A stretch of DNA of 64,000 nt, taken from Desulfurococcales archaeon (GTDB taxonomy: Archaea; Thermoproteota; Thermoprotei_A; Sulfolobales; NBVN01). The position numbers and the translations under genes were made by a program. This document shows positions 1 to 8,291 of this stretch, piece after piece. The stretch is taken from contig JALWZB010000052.1 of NCBI GenBank assembly GCA_027002995.1, positions 196 to 64,195 on the forward strand, written 5' to 3'. The first letter of the stretch is position 1. Every line of letters begins with the position of its first letter. Under the pieces are notes generated by a model. That model was not told where the DNA came from and searched no databases. It worked only from the letters and a program-made list of their open reading frames with translations.

Positions 1-20
1 TTAAAGCCTTTGGTGTTGCT

Positions 21-1961
21 TTACACTCGTTCCAGAACGTCCATGCCTAGCGCCTTCATGCTGTTGGCTAATACTACAGACACGCCGTACGTAATGGCTA
101 GTTTGAGCGCCCTTAATCCCTCATCTACCTCTTTAGCTATGGGTTCGGCGCCGTACCACGTGTTGAAGGTGTCCGCAACCTTATTCATGTACGCAACCAG
201 ATCCTCAGGCCTTAGGCTCTCGAGCACTCTCTTCATGACGTGCGGGAACTTACCAAGTAACCATATTAGTTCACGACGTAGTCCCTTCCCCGCACCTTTG
301 AATTCCAGCTTATTCCATGGAACCCCTCCTGCCTTGGTGAGCACCGCTTTAGCCCTGGCGTAGGTGTACTGTATGTAGGGGCCTGACGCCTGACGTATGT
401 TCAGGGCTTTACTCACGTCGAAGACTAAGGTCTTGTTAGGTGATGTCGAGAGCATCATGTACCTGAAGGCTGACCTGGCCATCTTCTCCGCTATGTCCTC
501 GCTCCGTGACCCTCTCTCACTCATGATGTCAAGTATCCTCTCCTTCATCTGGTCTAGGAGGTCGTCTACGGTGACGTACCTGCCTCTCCTGCCAGCCATT
601 GAGGCGCCGACTAGGTTAACCATTTCGTAGGAGTAGTGAATAGTGTTTTCTGCCTCGAACTTGTGTCCGAGGGCGTAGAGGGCTAGCCTTAATTGAGCCT
701 GCGGTAGCGTTTGCTCTATAGCGATCACGTTGTACACTTTCTTTGCTTGAGCTTCCCTGAACTTCTTTAGGGTGTAGGCTATGTCCCTAGTCGTGTAGAG
801 TGTTGTTCCGTCAGACCTGACGAGTATTAATGGAGGTATCTCCAGTCCTTCAGGTATTCTTAACCTGCGACGCAAGTCCTTATCCTTGAGGAGTTCCTTG
901 AAGTCTAGGGCAGGTACCCCTCTGTGGATTGTGAAGTATTGTGATTTCCTCGCCTCCTCAAGAACTTTCCGGACTAATCCTTCCCGAACTAAGTCGCTTT
1001 CCCAGTCCCATACATCCATGTTGATCCCTAACCTGGTTAAGGTCTCCTTAATGCCTTCCATAACCTTCTCTGAGACCTCACGCATTACCTGCGCTTCCTC
1101 ATTACCGAATTCATAGTTGCGCATTAACGTGGCTATGGAGGCTCTCGGATCCTCATCCTTCGATATCTCCTCTATTAGCTCGTCAACCTCCTCGGGTATT
1201 CTCTCTCGTATCCTTGCTAAGTCACCCATTAGGGAGTCAAGTTCCCTTAACGCGTCACTGTATTCATGTCCGCCCTTCTCCTTCAGTGCCTCGACCTTCT
1301 TTTTTGCTTCGAGTAGGTCTACTATAGTTGCGGCAGCGGCGTAGATTAGGCCGTAGTACTTGTCCGGCTTCATTCCTTCAGGCGGGTTCGGCCTACCTAG
1401 TTTGAGGTAACCGTACGCTAGGTAAGCCACCTGAAGACCCATATCGTCGACGTAATACCTACGCTCAACGTTGTGGCCCGCCATGCTTAGGATCCTGTAG
1501 ATGAAATCACCTATCGCGGCGTTCCTCCCTGAACCGATGTGAAGCGGGTGGACAGGGTTCGCTGAGACGTACTCTACAACGATCTTTTGCGGCTCTTCAA
1601 CTCTCGGCACCCCGTAATTTTCGCTAAGCTCCTTAAGCGACTCGAGGACTTTGGACGCGTACTTCTCTGCGTCTATGAAGGCGTCGACGTAAGGCCCTAC
1701 GCGCGTGACCTTACTTATTACGTTGACATTCCTTAAGCCGGCCTCAACCGACGCAGCAACTTCCTGGAACTTCAGCCCCAGTTCCTTAGACAATCTAGGC
1801 ACGGGTATGCCTAGGTCTCCAAACTTTCTCAGCGGTGGTTCCTCGATCACTCTTACGATGAGGTCTGATGGCACGTCAGTACCTAGTGATTGCGAGAACT
1901 CCCTGGATATGGACTCAGCTATCGTTTTAAGTAAGTCCCTGTAGGGGTCGGCAGTCGTCAA
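21..1961 (-). CDS. argS: arginyl-tRNA synthetase
   Basis: 646-aa ORF; class I HIGH-type motif SANPVHPLHIGSGRN; ArgRS-like N- and C-terminal domains. Confidence 0.95.
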   Translation of the reverse strand: MTTADPYRDLLKTIAESISREFSQSLGTDVPSDLIVRVIEEPPLRKFGDLGIPVPRLSKELGLKFQEVAASVEAGLRNVNVISKVTRVGPYVDAFIDAEKYASKVLESLKELSENYGVPRVEEPQKIVVEYVSANPVHPLHIGSGRNAAIGDFIYRILSMAGHNVERRYYVDDMGLQVAYLAYGYLKLGRPNPPEGMKPDKYYGLIYAAAATIVDLLEAKKKVEALKEKGGHEYSDALRELDSLMGDLARIRERIPEEVDELIEEISKDEDPRASIATLMRNYEFGNEEAQVMREVSEKVMEGIKETLTRLGINMDVWDWESDLVREGLVRKVLEEARKSQYFTIHRGVPALDFKELLKDKDLRRRLRIPEGLEIPPLILVRSDGTTLYTTRDIAYTLKKFREAQAKKVYNVIAIEQTLPQAQLRLALYALGHKFEAENTIHYSYEMVNLVGASMAGRRGRYVTVDDLLDQMKERILDIMSERGSRSEDIAEKMARSAFRYMMLSTSPNKTLVFDVSKALNIRQASGPYIQYTYARAKAVLTKAGGVPWNKLEFKGAGKGLRRELIWLLGKFPHVMKRVLESLRPEDLVAYMNKVADTFNTWYGAEPIAKEVDEGLRALKLAITYGVSVVLANSMKALGMDVLERV

Positions 1962-1999
1962 TAAGCATCACCATAGTGTCCGAAGTGCCGTCGACACGC

Positions 2000-2329
2000 T
2001 TACACGAACATCGTAAGGTCCCTGAAGTCCACCGGAGGCGTCTGGCCTGATGACTTAAACCACTCGTACTTCTCCTCGAGGTATTCGACGAAGACTGGGC
2101 AACCGTCGAACCTGCCGTCCCTGTCACACCTGGTGTTCTTGGTGAACTTCAGTTGCTTTATGAAGCAGTTGCCGGTCTTCTTGTCGAAGTATGGGCATAT
2201 CTTGTGGTACTTCTTAGCTGACCTAAGCATTCTGTCTATCCATCTCTTCTTCGGGTCCGCCTTCTCCTTAGTGGGTGCCGTGGTTGAAAGCATCTTGTTC
2301 AGCTCTTCCTCACTTATTCGGGAGCTCAT
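2000..2329 (-). CDS. small cysteine-motif protein, function unknown
   Basis: 109-aa ORF directly upstream of argS on the same strand; motifs ICPYFDKKTGNC and GCPVFVEY. Confidence 0.6.
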   Translation of the reverse strand: MSSRISEEELNKMLSTTAPTKEKADPKKRWIDRMLRSAKKYHKICPYFDKKTGNCFIKQLKFTKNTRCDRDGRFDGCPVFVEYLEEKYEWFKSSGQTPPVDFRDLTMFV

Positions 2330-2484
2330 GGGATACCACCTCCTCTAACGCATGTCTAATAAGGTAAGGGAGTACAGATTATTAATAAATTGCGCCTTTA
2401 TACGGGTTCCTCCTGCATCAAATATTCTATTATCATTCTTAGGAAAACTGTTTTCGTCGCCATCGACTCCCCGTAGTATTTCTC

Positions 2485-2766
2485 TTATTCTAGACCCACT
2501 ATAGTGAATCTCCCGTCCTCAAGCACGTACACTCTTCCTTCATTGACTAGCCTTGTTAGGGCCCTTCGTATCTTATCCTCGCTTGCTAGTCCTGAAAGGA
2601 ATGAATGGAGTTCCTTAACTGACATTGGTCTGTCCCTAAGCAAGTCCGTCAATATATCTACAAGCTGATCCTCTGTTGGCGCCCTTACCACGACGACCTC
2701 AGAGTCTTCGTAAACCACCTGCAACCCGAGTCGCCTACTAGGATCGAGGTCTCTCTCGCCACCCAT
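2485..2766 (-). CDS. small winged-helix (wHTH) DNA-binding protein
   Basis: 93-aa ORF; C-terminal SVKELHSFLSGLASEDKIRRALTRLVNEGRVYVLEDGRF resembles a winged-helix recognition helix plus wing. Confidence 0.55.
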   Translation of the reverse strand: MGGERDLDPSRRLGLQVVYEDSEVVVVRAPTEDQLVDILTDLLRDRPMSVKELHSFLSGLASEDKIRRALTRLVNEGRVYVLEDGRFTIVGLE

Positions 2767-2829
2767 TTTTAAACCCTTATAGCCTACTGGGTTTACAGCT
2801 TATAAGTTATTAACCTCCCCTCTTACTGG

Positions 2830-3237
2830 GTGTTAGTCTTGCCATGCCCTTGGTATCGAGACGGTTATTGTCACTCTCCCGCATTAGGCGAGCCTTCAAG
2901 CGACCCCGTCATAAACGCTGTTTGTTTGGGTAGTGAGGCCGTATACAAGAAGTGTCCCTTCTATAGGGAGAGGGCGGAGGTGAGGAGAGAGGAGGAGGGT
3001 GTTAGGAGGAGAAGCGGTAGGTATGGGAGGCCCCTGCTACTCATACATTCACTGAAGAAATGCCCGAAGTCAGGTTGTGAGTTCTTCGTTGTTGAGGAGG
3101 ATGAGAGCGGTGCGTACCTAGCAGCATGTAACGTCCTGAGAAGATACTTAACGAGGTATGAGGTTCCTCTCTGTGAGAATCACTGGAAGGACTGCCCCTA
3201 CCGAAGAATAGGCGTAACCATAGAGTCAAGTGAGTGA
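2830..3237 (+). CDS. cysteine-rich protein, function unknown
   Basis: 135-aa ORF (GTG start); repeated Cys-Pro-aromatic motifs PCPWYRDGYC, KKCPFYRER, KDCPYRR; divergent from the wHTH gene across an AT-rich spacer (CTTATAAG). Confidence 0.55.
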   Translation: MLVLPCPWYRDGYCHSPALGEPSSDPVINAVCLGSEAVYKKCPFYRERAEVRREEEGVRRRSGRYGRPLLLIHSLKKCPKSGCEFFVVEEDESGAYLAACNVLRRYLTRYEVPLCENHWKDCPYRRIGVTIESSE

Positions 3238-3252
3238 AGGAGTGCGGCACCC

Positions 3253-3429
3253 TTACTTGATCTCCTCAATCACTACTGAAGGTATTGAGAGCCTGTCAAG
3301 CACTGCCTGCCTGCTTTCCGGGATCTGGACAATGGTTACTTCATCGAACCAGTCCTTGTACCTTCGGACTCTACGCAGAACCGACCTGCTTTTCTTGTCG
3401 TACCCAACGTAAACCACTAACCTCCTCAC
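3253..3429 (-). CDS. possible small protein (58 aa), unknown function
   Basis: GTG-initiated ORF below the track length cutoff: VRRLVVYVGYDKKSRSVLRRVRRYKDWFDEVTIVQIPESRQAVLDRLSIPSVVIEEIK; TTTTAAGG-like box about 35 nt upstream on the minus strand. Confidence 0.3.
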   Translation of the reverse strand: MRRLVVYVGYDKKSRSVLRRVRRYKDWFDEVTIVQIPESRQAVLDRLSIPSVVIEEIK

Positions 3430-3505
3430 CAGAACTCCCCAGGTGAGGGTTGGAAGCGTTAATACCTTAAAAGGCTGGAGACCGCGTGCACTGCTTAAGT
3501 GAGGG

Positions 3506-4732
3506 TTAGCGGAGGAAGTCGTCGAGTTTCCTGTACTTCACCGGTACTAGTAGTTCAACAACTTCCCTGCGTGTTGAAGGATCCATGCCGGCGACGGCGT
3601 CCTTCACGGCATCCAGTAGTGTGCGGTACTTGCGTGGTGGCTGAGATAGGGCATTCCGAACGGTTTCACGTATGTGCCAATTCCCGACACTTGCGTAGTA
3701 CTGCGGAGTTATCTCCCTAATCACTATTGCCGCCGCCTTCCTCCCTCTTCTGCTTAGGTGTTCAATCACGGCGAACTTGGCCGCGTCGAAGCCACCGTCC
3801 AGCGTCTCGGTTCTTCCTAAGGGCGTTGCTTTGTTGTATATTATGAGGGGTTTTAGCGCGGTCTGCGTGAATACCGTTAGCGGATACCATACCTCAACCC
3901 ACTCTATTAGTGGTCTGCCGGGATACAGGATCACCTTGAACTTATTGCCTAGATATTCGCCCTCGTAGAGCTCGACGTCACTTATTTCCGGTAATGTCCT
4001 CACCCTCCTCAGCATGTAGTTAGTTAGTGTTCTGTCGACAGCCGTTATAGCCCACCTAGTAGGCACTAGCTTCCTCCTGCGGACACGTCCTAGCAGGCCT
4101 AAGCTAAACGCCCTGATGATCGTGTACATGTCAACATCTCTCCTGTACAGCTCCACAGCACCTTCGGACGCTGGTAGGTCGTCCCACATCAGTCTCTCAA
4201 GGGGGCGAGGAAGGTGTGCATTACCAACCACGCGCACTTCCTCCGCCTCGGCCGCCGGCCCCACAGGGTCTAGCCCGGCGCTAAAGGTTAGTTTAGGCTT
4301 GGGTGGCTTACGTAGCACGGCTTCACTCTCAACAGGCTTTAATGATACTGCAGCCACACTTACCTCATTGTCGTAGAGCTTGAAGGGATCCGTAACCTTG
4401 ACCTTGACTATTGATGCTACTTGCTGAGCCCTCCTCATGATTATCTCGTCGAGGCTTACTCTTCCCCACCATCCTAGCGGGTCGTCGAACCCCTTCGCCG
4501 CATCACCCCGTACGTTAGGTGGGACATTAAATATTACGGGCACGTTAGGGTAGTGCGCCTCCCCCACTATCACGCTCGGCGGTGTTGCGCCCTCAACTTC
4601 CCTTCCTTTCACTGACATGATTGCCTTGATGTTCGCTCTGAACCTCTCCATAATAGGGCATACGGGGAGACCACAGAGTTTCCTGTAGCCCTTGCACTTC
4701 ACACATAGGTGCGGTGGGACCTTATTCATCAT
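3506..4732 (-). CDS. Nre-family (DUF650/DUF651-like) putative DNA repair protein
   Basis: 408-aa ORF; N-terminal Cys cluster CVKCKGYRKLCGLPVCP; C-terminal PIP-box-like YRKLDDFLR; family assigned from memory of archaeal Nre proteins. Confidence 0.55.
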   Translation of the reverse strand: MMNKVPPHLCVKCKGYRKLCGLPVCPIMERFRANIKAIMSVKGREVEGATPPSVIVGEAHYPNVPVIFNVPPNVRGDAAKGFDDPLGWWGRVSLDEIIMRRAQQVASIVKVKVTDPFKLYDNEVSVAAVSLKPVESEAVLRKPPKPKLTFSAGLDPVGPAAEAEEVRVVGNAHLPRPLERLMWDDLPASEGAVELYRRDVDMYTIIRAFSLGLLGRVRRRKLVPTRWAITAVDRTLTNYMLRRVRTLPEISDVELYEGEYLGNKFKVILYPGRPLIEWVEVWYPLTVFTQTALKPLIIYNKATPLGRTETLDGGFDAAKFAVIEHLSRRGRKAAAIVIREITPQYYASVGNWHIRETVRNALSQPPRKYRTLLDAVKDAVAGMDPSTRREVVELLVPVKYRKLDDFLR

Positions 4733-4870
4733 CCTTCTCGCTCACTCTACGGTATGTGTGTTTGCAGAGTGTTTAAAACTGGCTGGGGGGTAAGGAATAA
4801 GAATTTAAGACTAGTCTAACTTACCTTAGACGGGGGATACGAAACGGGTGCTACTAAGCAAGAATGCGAC

Positions 4871-6976
4871 ATTATCGTAGCGTTAGTCGGAAACCCGAAC
4901 GTCGGCAAATCCACACTATTTAACGTACTTACCGGGGAGACAGCACATGTAGGCAACTGGCCCGGCGTGACGGTCGAGCTGAAGCTGGGTATGCGCAAGT
5001 ACGAGGGCAGGAGGATATGCTTCGTTGACCTCCCTGGAACTTATGGAATCAGCGGCACTAGCCTCGAGGAGGTCGTCGCCCGGGAATTCATTGTTTCCAG
5101 CGAACCAGACGTCGTTATGGTGCTCGTCGACTCCACAGCCCCTGAAAGGACGCTCTACCTGGCGATCCAGGTGTTGGAGTTAACGCCGAACGTGATACTG
5201 GTTTTCACGAAGACTGATGAGGCACACCCGAGGGGAATTCACATACATTACGATAAGTTGGAGGAGTACCTAAGCGTCCCGGTAATCCCCGTCTCCGCGC
5301 TTAAGGGTGAGGGCATTAGGGACCTTCTCGAGGCACTCCTCAACTATAAGTCCAGGATTAAGCGGTCGGAACCCCTCACAATCGATTACGGCCCGCTGGA
5401 ACACTTCATACGTGAAATAGCGTCACTAATTGAGGAGGAGGGAGCCCTTCGCCAGTATCCCTCGAGATGGGTTGCTATTAGGTTGTTAGAGGGCGACATG
5501 CGTATTGAGGATCTGCTGAAGCAGGAAGGGAAGAAAGCCCTACTTAAGCGTGTGTGGAGCATCATCGACTCAGCGAGGAGGGTCCTCGGCGGCGACCTCA
5601 CGGAGCTCGCGATAAGGCAGCGTTTTGCGTTCGTTGATTCCCTGATAAGGAGGGTCGTGGTTAGGACGAAGGTTGAGGGAGGAAGTAGCCTTGAGAAGGT
5701 ACTACGTAGGCCGTTGGCTGGCCTCCTATTCAGTACGGCACTAACGCTGGGTGTCTTCCTGCTCATATTCTCGATAAACACAGGCTTCCCGCTGAACATC
5801 CTGCTTGAGTTGGCTGGGCAGGAGGGCTTAGCAGAGGCGGTGAGTACGTACAGCTTAAGCGGGATAGTCAGCATGGGATTCAACGAGCTCTCATCGCTGG
5901 CAGAGTCTGGGTTAAGTGCTGTGAACGCGCCCCACTGGTTCGTGTCCTTAGTGGCGAACGGCATCATACCGGGTGTTGGGTCTGTGCTCAGCTTCTTCCC
6001 CCTCATACTCATGGTGTTTCTGTTCCTGGCGATGCTTGAGGATAGCGGACTAATGCCTAGGATGGCCGTGGCGTTCCACTCCACCTTATCTAAGTTTGGT
6101 CTTTCCGGGAGGGCTGTTTACCCGTTAGTCATAAGCGTGGGCTGTAACGTGCCGGGCGTCATGACTAGCCGAACATCCCTCGACGATGTTGAGAGGCATG
6201 AGCTAATCTTCTCAGTTCCCTTTATCCCCTGCCAGGCTAGGTTAGTGGTTGGCTTAGCTTTCGCTATGGCTCTCTTCAAGAGCGCGGTCATGCAAGCAGT
6301 TGCCGTTGTATTCATCTATGCGCTAGGCACCGCGGCCGCCTTGCTGACAGCCATTATCATCCGTAGGGCTATCTACGGTATTCGCGAATCGCCTGAACTC
6401 ATAATGGAGTTACCACCCATACATAAGCCTAAGGCTAAGGTGGTGTGGTGGCTCACGTGGGACAACACTAAACACTTCCTCCGTAAGGCCGGGTTGATAA
6501 TATTCTCGCTAAGCATCGTTGTGTGGGCACTCCTCTACACGGGGCCTGAAGGGTACTTGCCTGACGTGTACGGAGAGAACTTCTTTCAGCACAGCTTCGC
6601 GGCAATCATAGGGAATGCTGTGGCCCCTGCCCTCACGCCTTTCGGGCTGAACTACACGCAGGCATGGAAAGTTGGGTTCGCGTTAGTGAATGGTTTCGTT
6701 GCGAAGGAAGTCGTGCTTGACAGCTTGTCCGTCCTGCATGGTGGCGCTAACCCGATAGTAGCCATTAGGGCGTTAGGGCTCAATGTTGCTCAAGGCCTCG
6801 GGATACTGGCGTTCATAACGCTTTATCTGCCCTGCTTAGCTACGCTCGCCGTCATGTATCAGGAGAGCAAGAGTTTAAGGAAGACCCTAATCTCCTTGAT
6901 GTACATGATGGGGTTAGCATACATTATCGCATTACTTGTTTACTACATTACAACCGCCCTACTCACCCTATTGTGA
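4871..6976 (+). CDS. feoB: ferrous iron transporter FeoB; 5' end unresolved
   Basis: P-loop VALVGNPNVGKSTLFN encoded at 4877-4924, then DLPGTYG and TKTD G-motifs and a polytopic membrane domain. The track start GTG 4967 lies downstream of the P-loop, and there is no ATG/GTG/TTG in frame between TAA 4817 and 4967. Confidence 0.85.
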   Translation: MIVALVGNPNVGKSTLFNVLTGETAHVGNWPGVTVELKLGMRKYEGRRICFVDLPGTYGISGTSLEEVVAREFIVSSEPDVVMVLVDSTAPERTLYLAIQVLELTPNVILVFTKTDEAHPRGIHIHYDKLEEYLSVPVIPVSALKGEGIRDLLEALLNYKSRIKRSEPLTIDYGPLEHFIREIASLIEEEGALRQYPSRWVAIRLLEGDMRIEDLLKQEGKKALLKRVWSIIDSARRVLGGDLTELAIRQRFAFVDSLIRRVVVRTKVEGGSSLEKVLRRPLAGLLFSTALTLGVFLLIFSINTGFPLNILLELAGQEGLAEAVSTYSLSGIVSMGFNELSSLAESGLSAVNAPHWFVSLVANGIIPGVGSVLSFFPLILMVFLFLAMLEDSGLMPRMAVAFHSTLSKFGLSGRAVYPLVISVGCNVPGVMTSRTSLDDVERHELIFSVPFIPCQARLVVGLAFAMALFKSAVMQAVAVVFIYALGTAAALLTAIIIRRAIYGIRESPELIMELPPIHKPKAKVVWWLTWDNTKHFLRKAGLIIFSLSIVVWALLYTGPEGYLPDVYGENFFQHSFAAIIGNAVAPALTPFGLNYTQAWKVGFALVNGFVAKEVVLDSLSVLHGGANPIVAIRALGLNVAQGLGILAFITLYLPCLATLAVMYQESKSLRKTLISLMYMMGLAYIIALLVYYITTALLTLL

Positions 6977-7023
6977 GTTCTGAGTTACGCTGGAAGCATG
7001 GAATTTTGTATCATAGCAAATCA

Positions 7024-7031
7024 CTTAAAAG
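7024..7031 (+). promoter_or_regulatory. TATA-box-like element upstream of the aRF1-family gene
   Basis: CTTAAAAG; a start about 26 nt downstream would fall at 7053-7058, next to GTG 7058. Confidence 0.4.
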
Positions 7032-7061
7032 GGCGGCTAGTGAGACTATGAGATAGGGTGA

Positions 7062-8168
7062 TCGGCATTTAGTGATAAGTTCAGGATATCGAAGAGCGAG
7101 CTGAAAAGGCTCCTGAGGGAGCTGAAGAAGTGGAGTGCCCATGCAACCACGCTCCTGAGCCTCTACATACCTCCGGGTAGGCCGATTGCTGACGTAGTTA
7201 ACGTTCTGCGTCAAGAGCTGTCCATAACCGAGAACATAAAGCTGAAAGCAACTAGGAACCGAGTTCAGACAGCGTTGAAGGCAGCCATAGATAGGCTTGT
7301 TAAGATACCGAAGGTCCCTCCGAATGGCTTAGTAATATTTGCGGGAGAGCATGATGAAACTGGTGAGACCATAGCCCTAGTGTTTGAGCCTCCAGAGCCC
7401 ATTAAGGCGTTCTTCTATAGGACCGACAAGTTCTTCCACACGGAGTTCCTTGAGGATATGGTTGCGGAGAACGACGTGTACGGCCTTATAGTAATTGAGA
7501 GAGATGAAGCAACAATAGGTCTGCTTAAAGGCAATGCCATAAGGGTTCTGGACGAGATCGAGGGCTACATACCGGGTAAGCATAGCCGAGGTGGGTGGTC
7601 TCAGAGGAGGTACGAGAGGATCATAGAGGAACTAACTAGGGACTTCTTCAAGAGCGTTGGGGAGAAAGCTACTAACCACTTCCTACCGCTCCTCCAAGAT
7701 GGTAAGCTCAAGGGAGTAATCATTGGAGGTCCCGGCTACACTAAGCTAGACTTCGTTAAGGGCGACTTCCTAGATTACAGACTTAAGCGCTTGGTGCTCC
7801 CCAAGACCATAGATGTGAGTGACCAAGGAGAGCCCGGGCTCAAGGAGCTGGTTATGAGGGCTGAAGACATGATAAAGCAACACATCTACATAAGAACCCA
7901 GAAGGCCCTTGAGGAATTTAACTACCACCTAGCCAAGGACGATGGCCTAGCAATCTACGGTGAGAAGGAAGTTATCGACGCCTTAAACCTCGGCGCTGTT
8001 AAACACATTATAATAACGGAGGATCACCCCAAGTTCGAGGAGATAGTTAAGCTTGCCGAGAAGAAAGGTGCTGAGGTCTACGTGCTCACTGATGAAGTAC
8101 CAGACTATATGTGGATTAAGAAGACGTTCAACGGCTTAGTAGGTGTTCTCAGGTACCAGATCTACTAG
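7062..8168 (+). CDS. prf1: aRF1-family protein (class I release factor homolog) with atypical motifs; 5' end unresolved
   Basis: Frame is open from 7062 (TGA at 7059-7061). Residues upstream of the track start TTG 7275 encode the conserved aRF1 N-domain (LLSLYIPPGRPIADVVNVLRQELSITENIKLKATRN). The middle domain has GKHSRGGWSQRRYERIIEE. No in-frame canonical start before 7275. Confidence 0.8.
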   Translation, partial: SAFSDKFRISKSELKRLLRELKKWSAHATTLLSLYIPPGRPIADVVNVLRQELSITENIKLKATRNRVQTALKAAIDRLVKIPKVPPNGLVIFAGEHDETGETIALVFEPPEPIKAFFYRTDKFFHTEFLEDMVAENDVYGLIVIERDEATIGLLKGNAIRVLDEIEGYIPGKHSRGGWSQRRYERIIEELTRDFFKSVGEKATNHFLPLLQDGKLKGVIIGGPGYTKLDFVKGDFLDYRLKRLVLPKTIDVSDQGEPGLKELVMRAEDMIKQHIYIRTQKALEEFNYHLAKDDGLAIYGEKEVIDALNLGAVKHIIITEDHPKFEEIVKLAEKKGAEVYVLTDEVPDYMWIKKTFNGLVGVLRYQIY

Positions 8169-8291
8169 GAAGAACCCTAACCCACTATTCCTCAGGTTGC
8201 TGGGTGTCCTAAATTCCCTATGTCGTTTTACTGCTGCTTAGTCAATCCACTTATAATGACTGTCTCGTAACGTTATGACAGGTGTGGAGGT

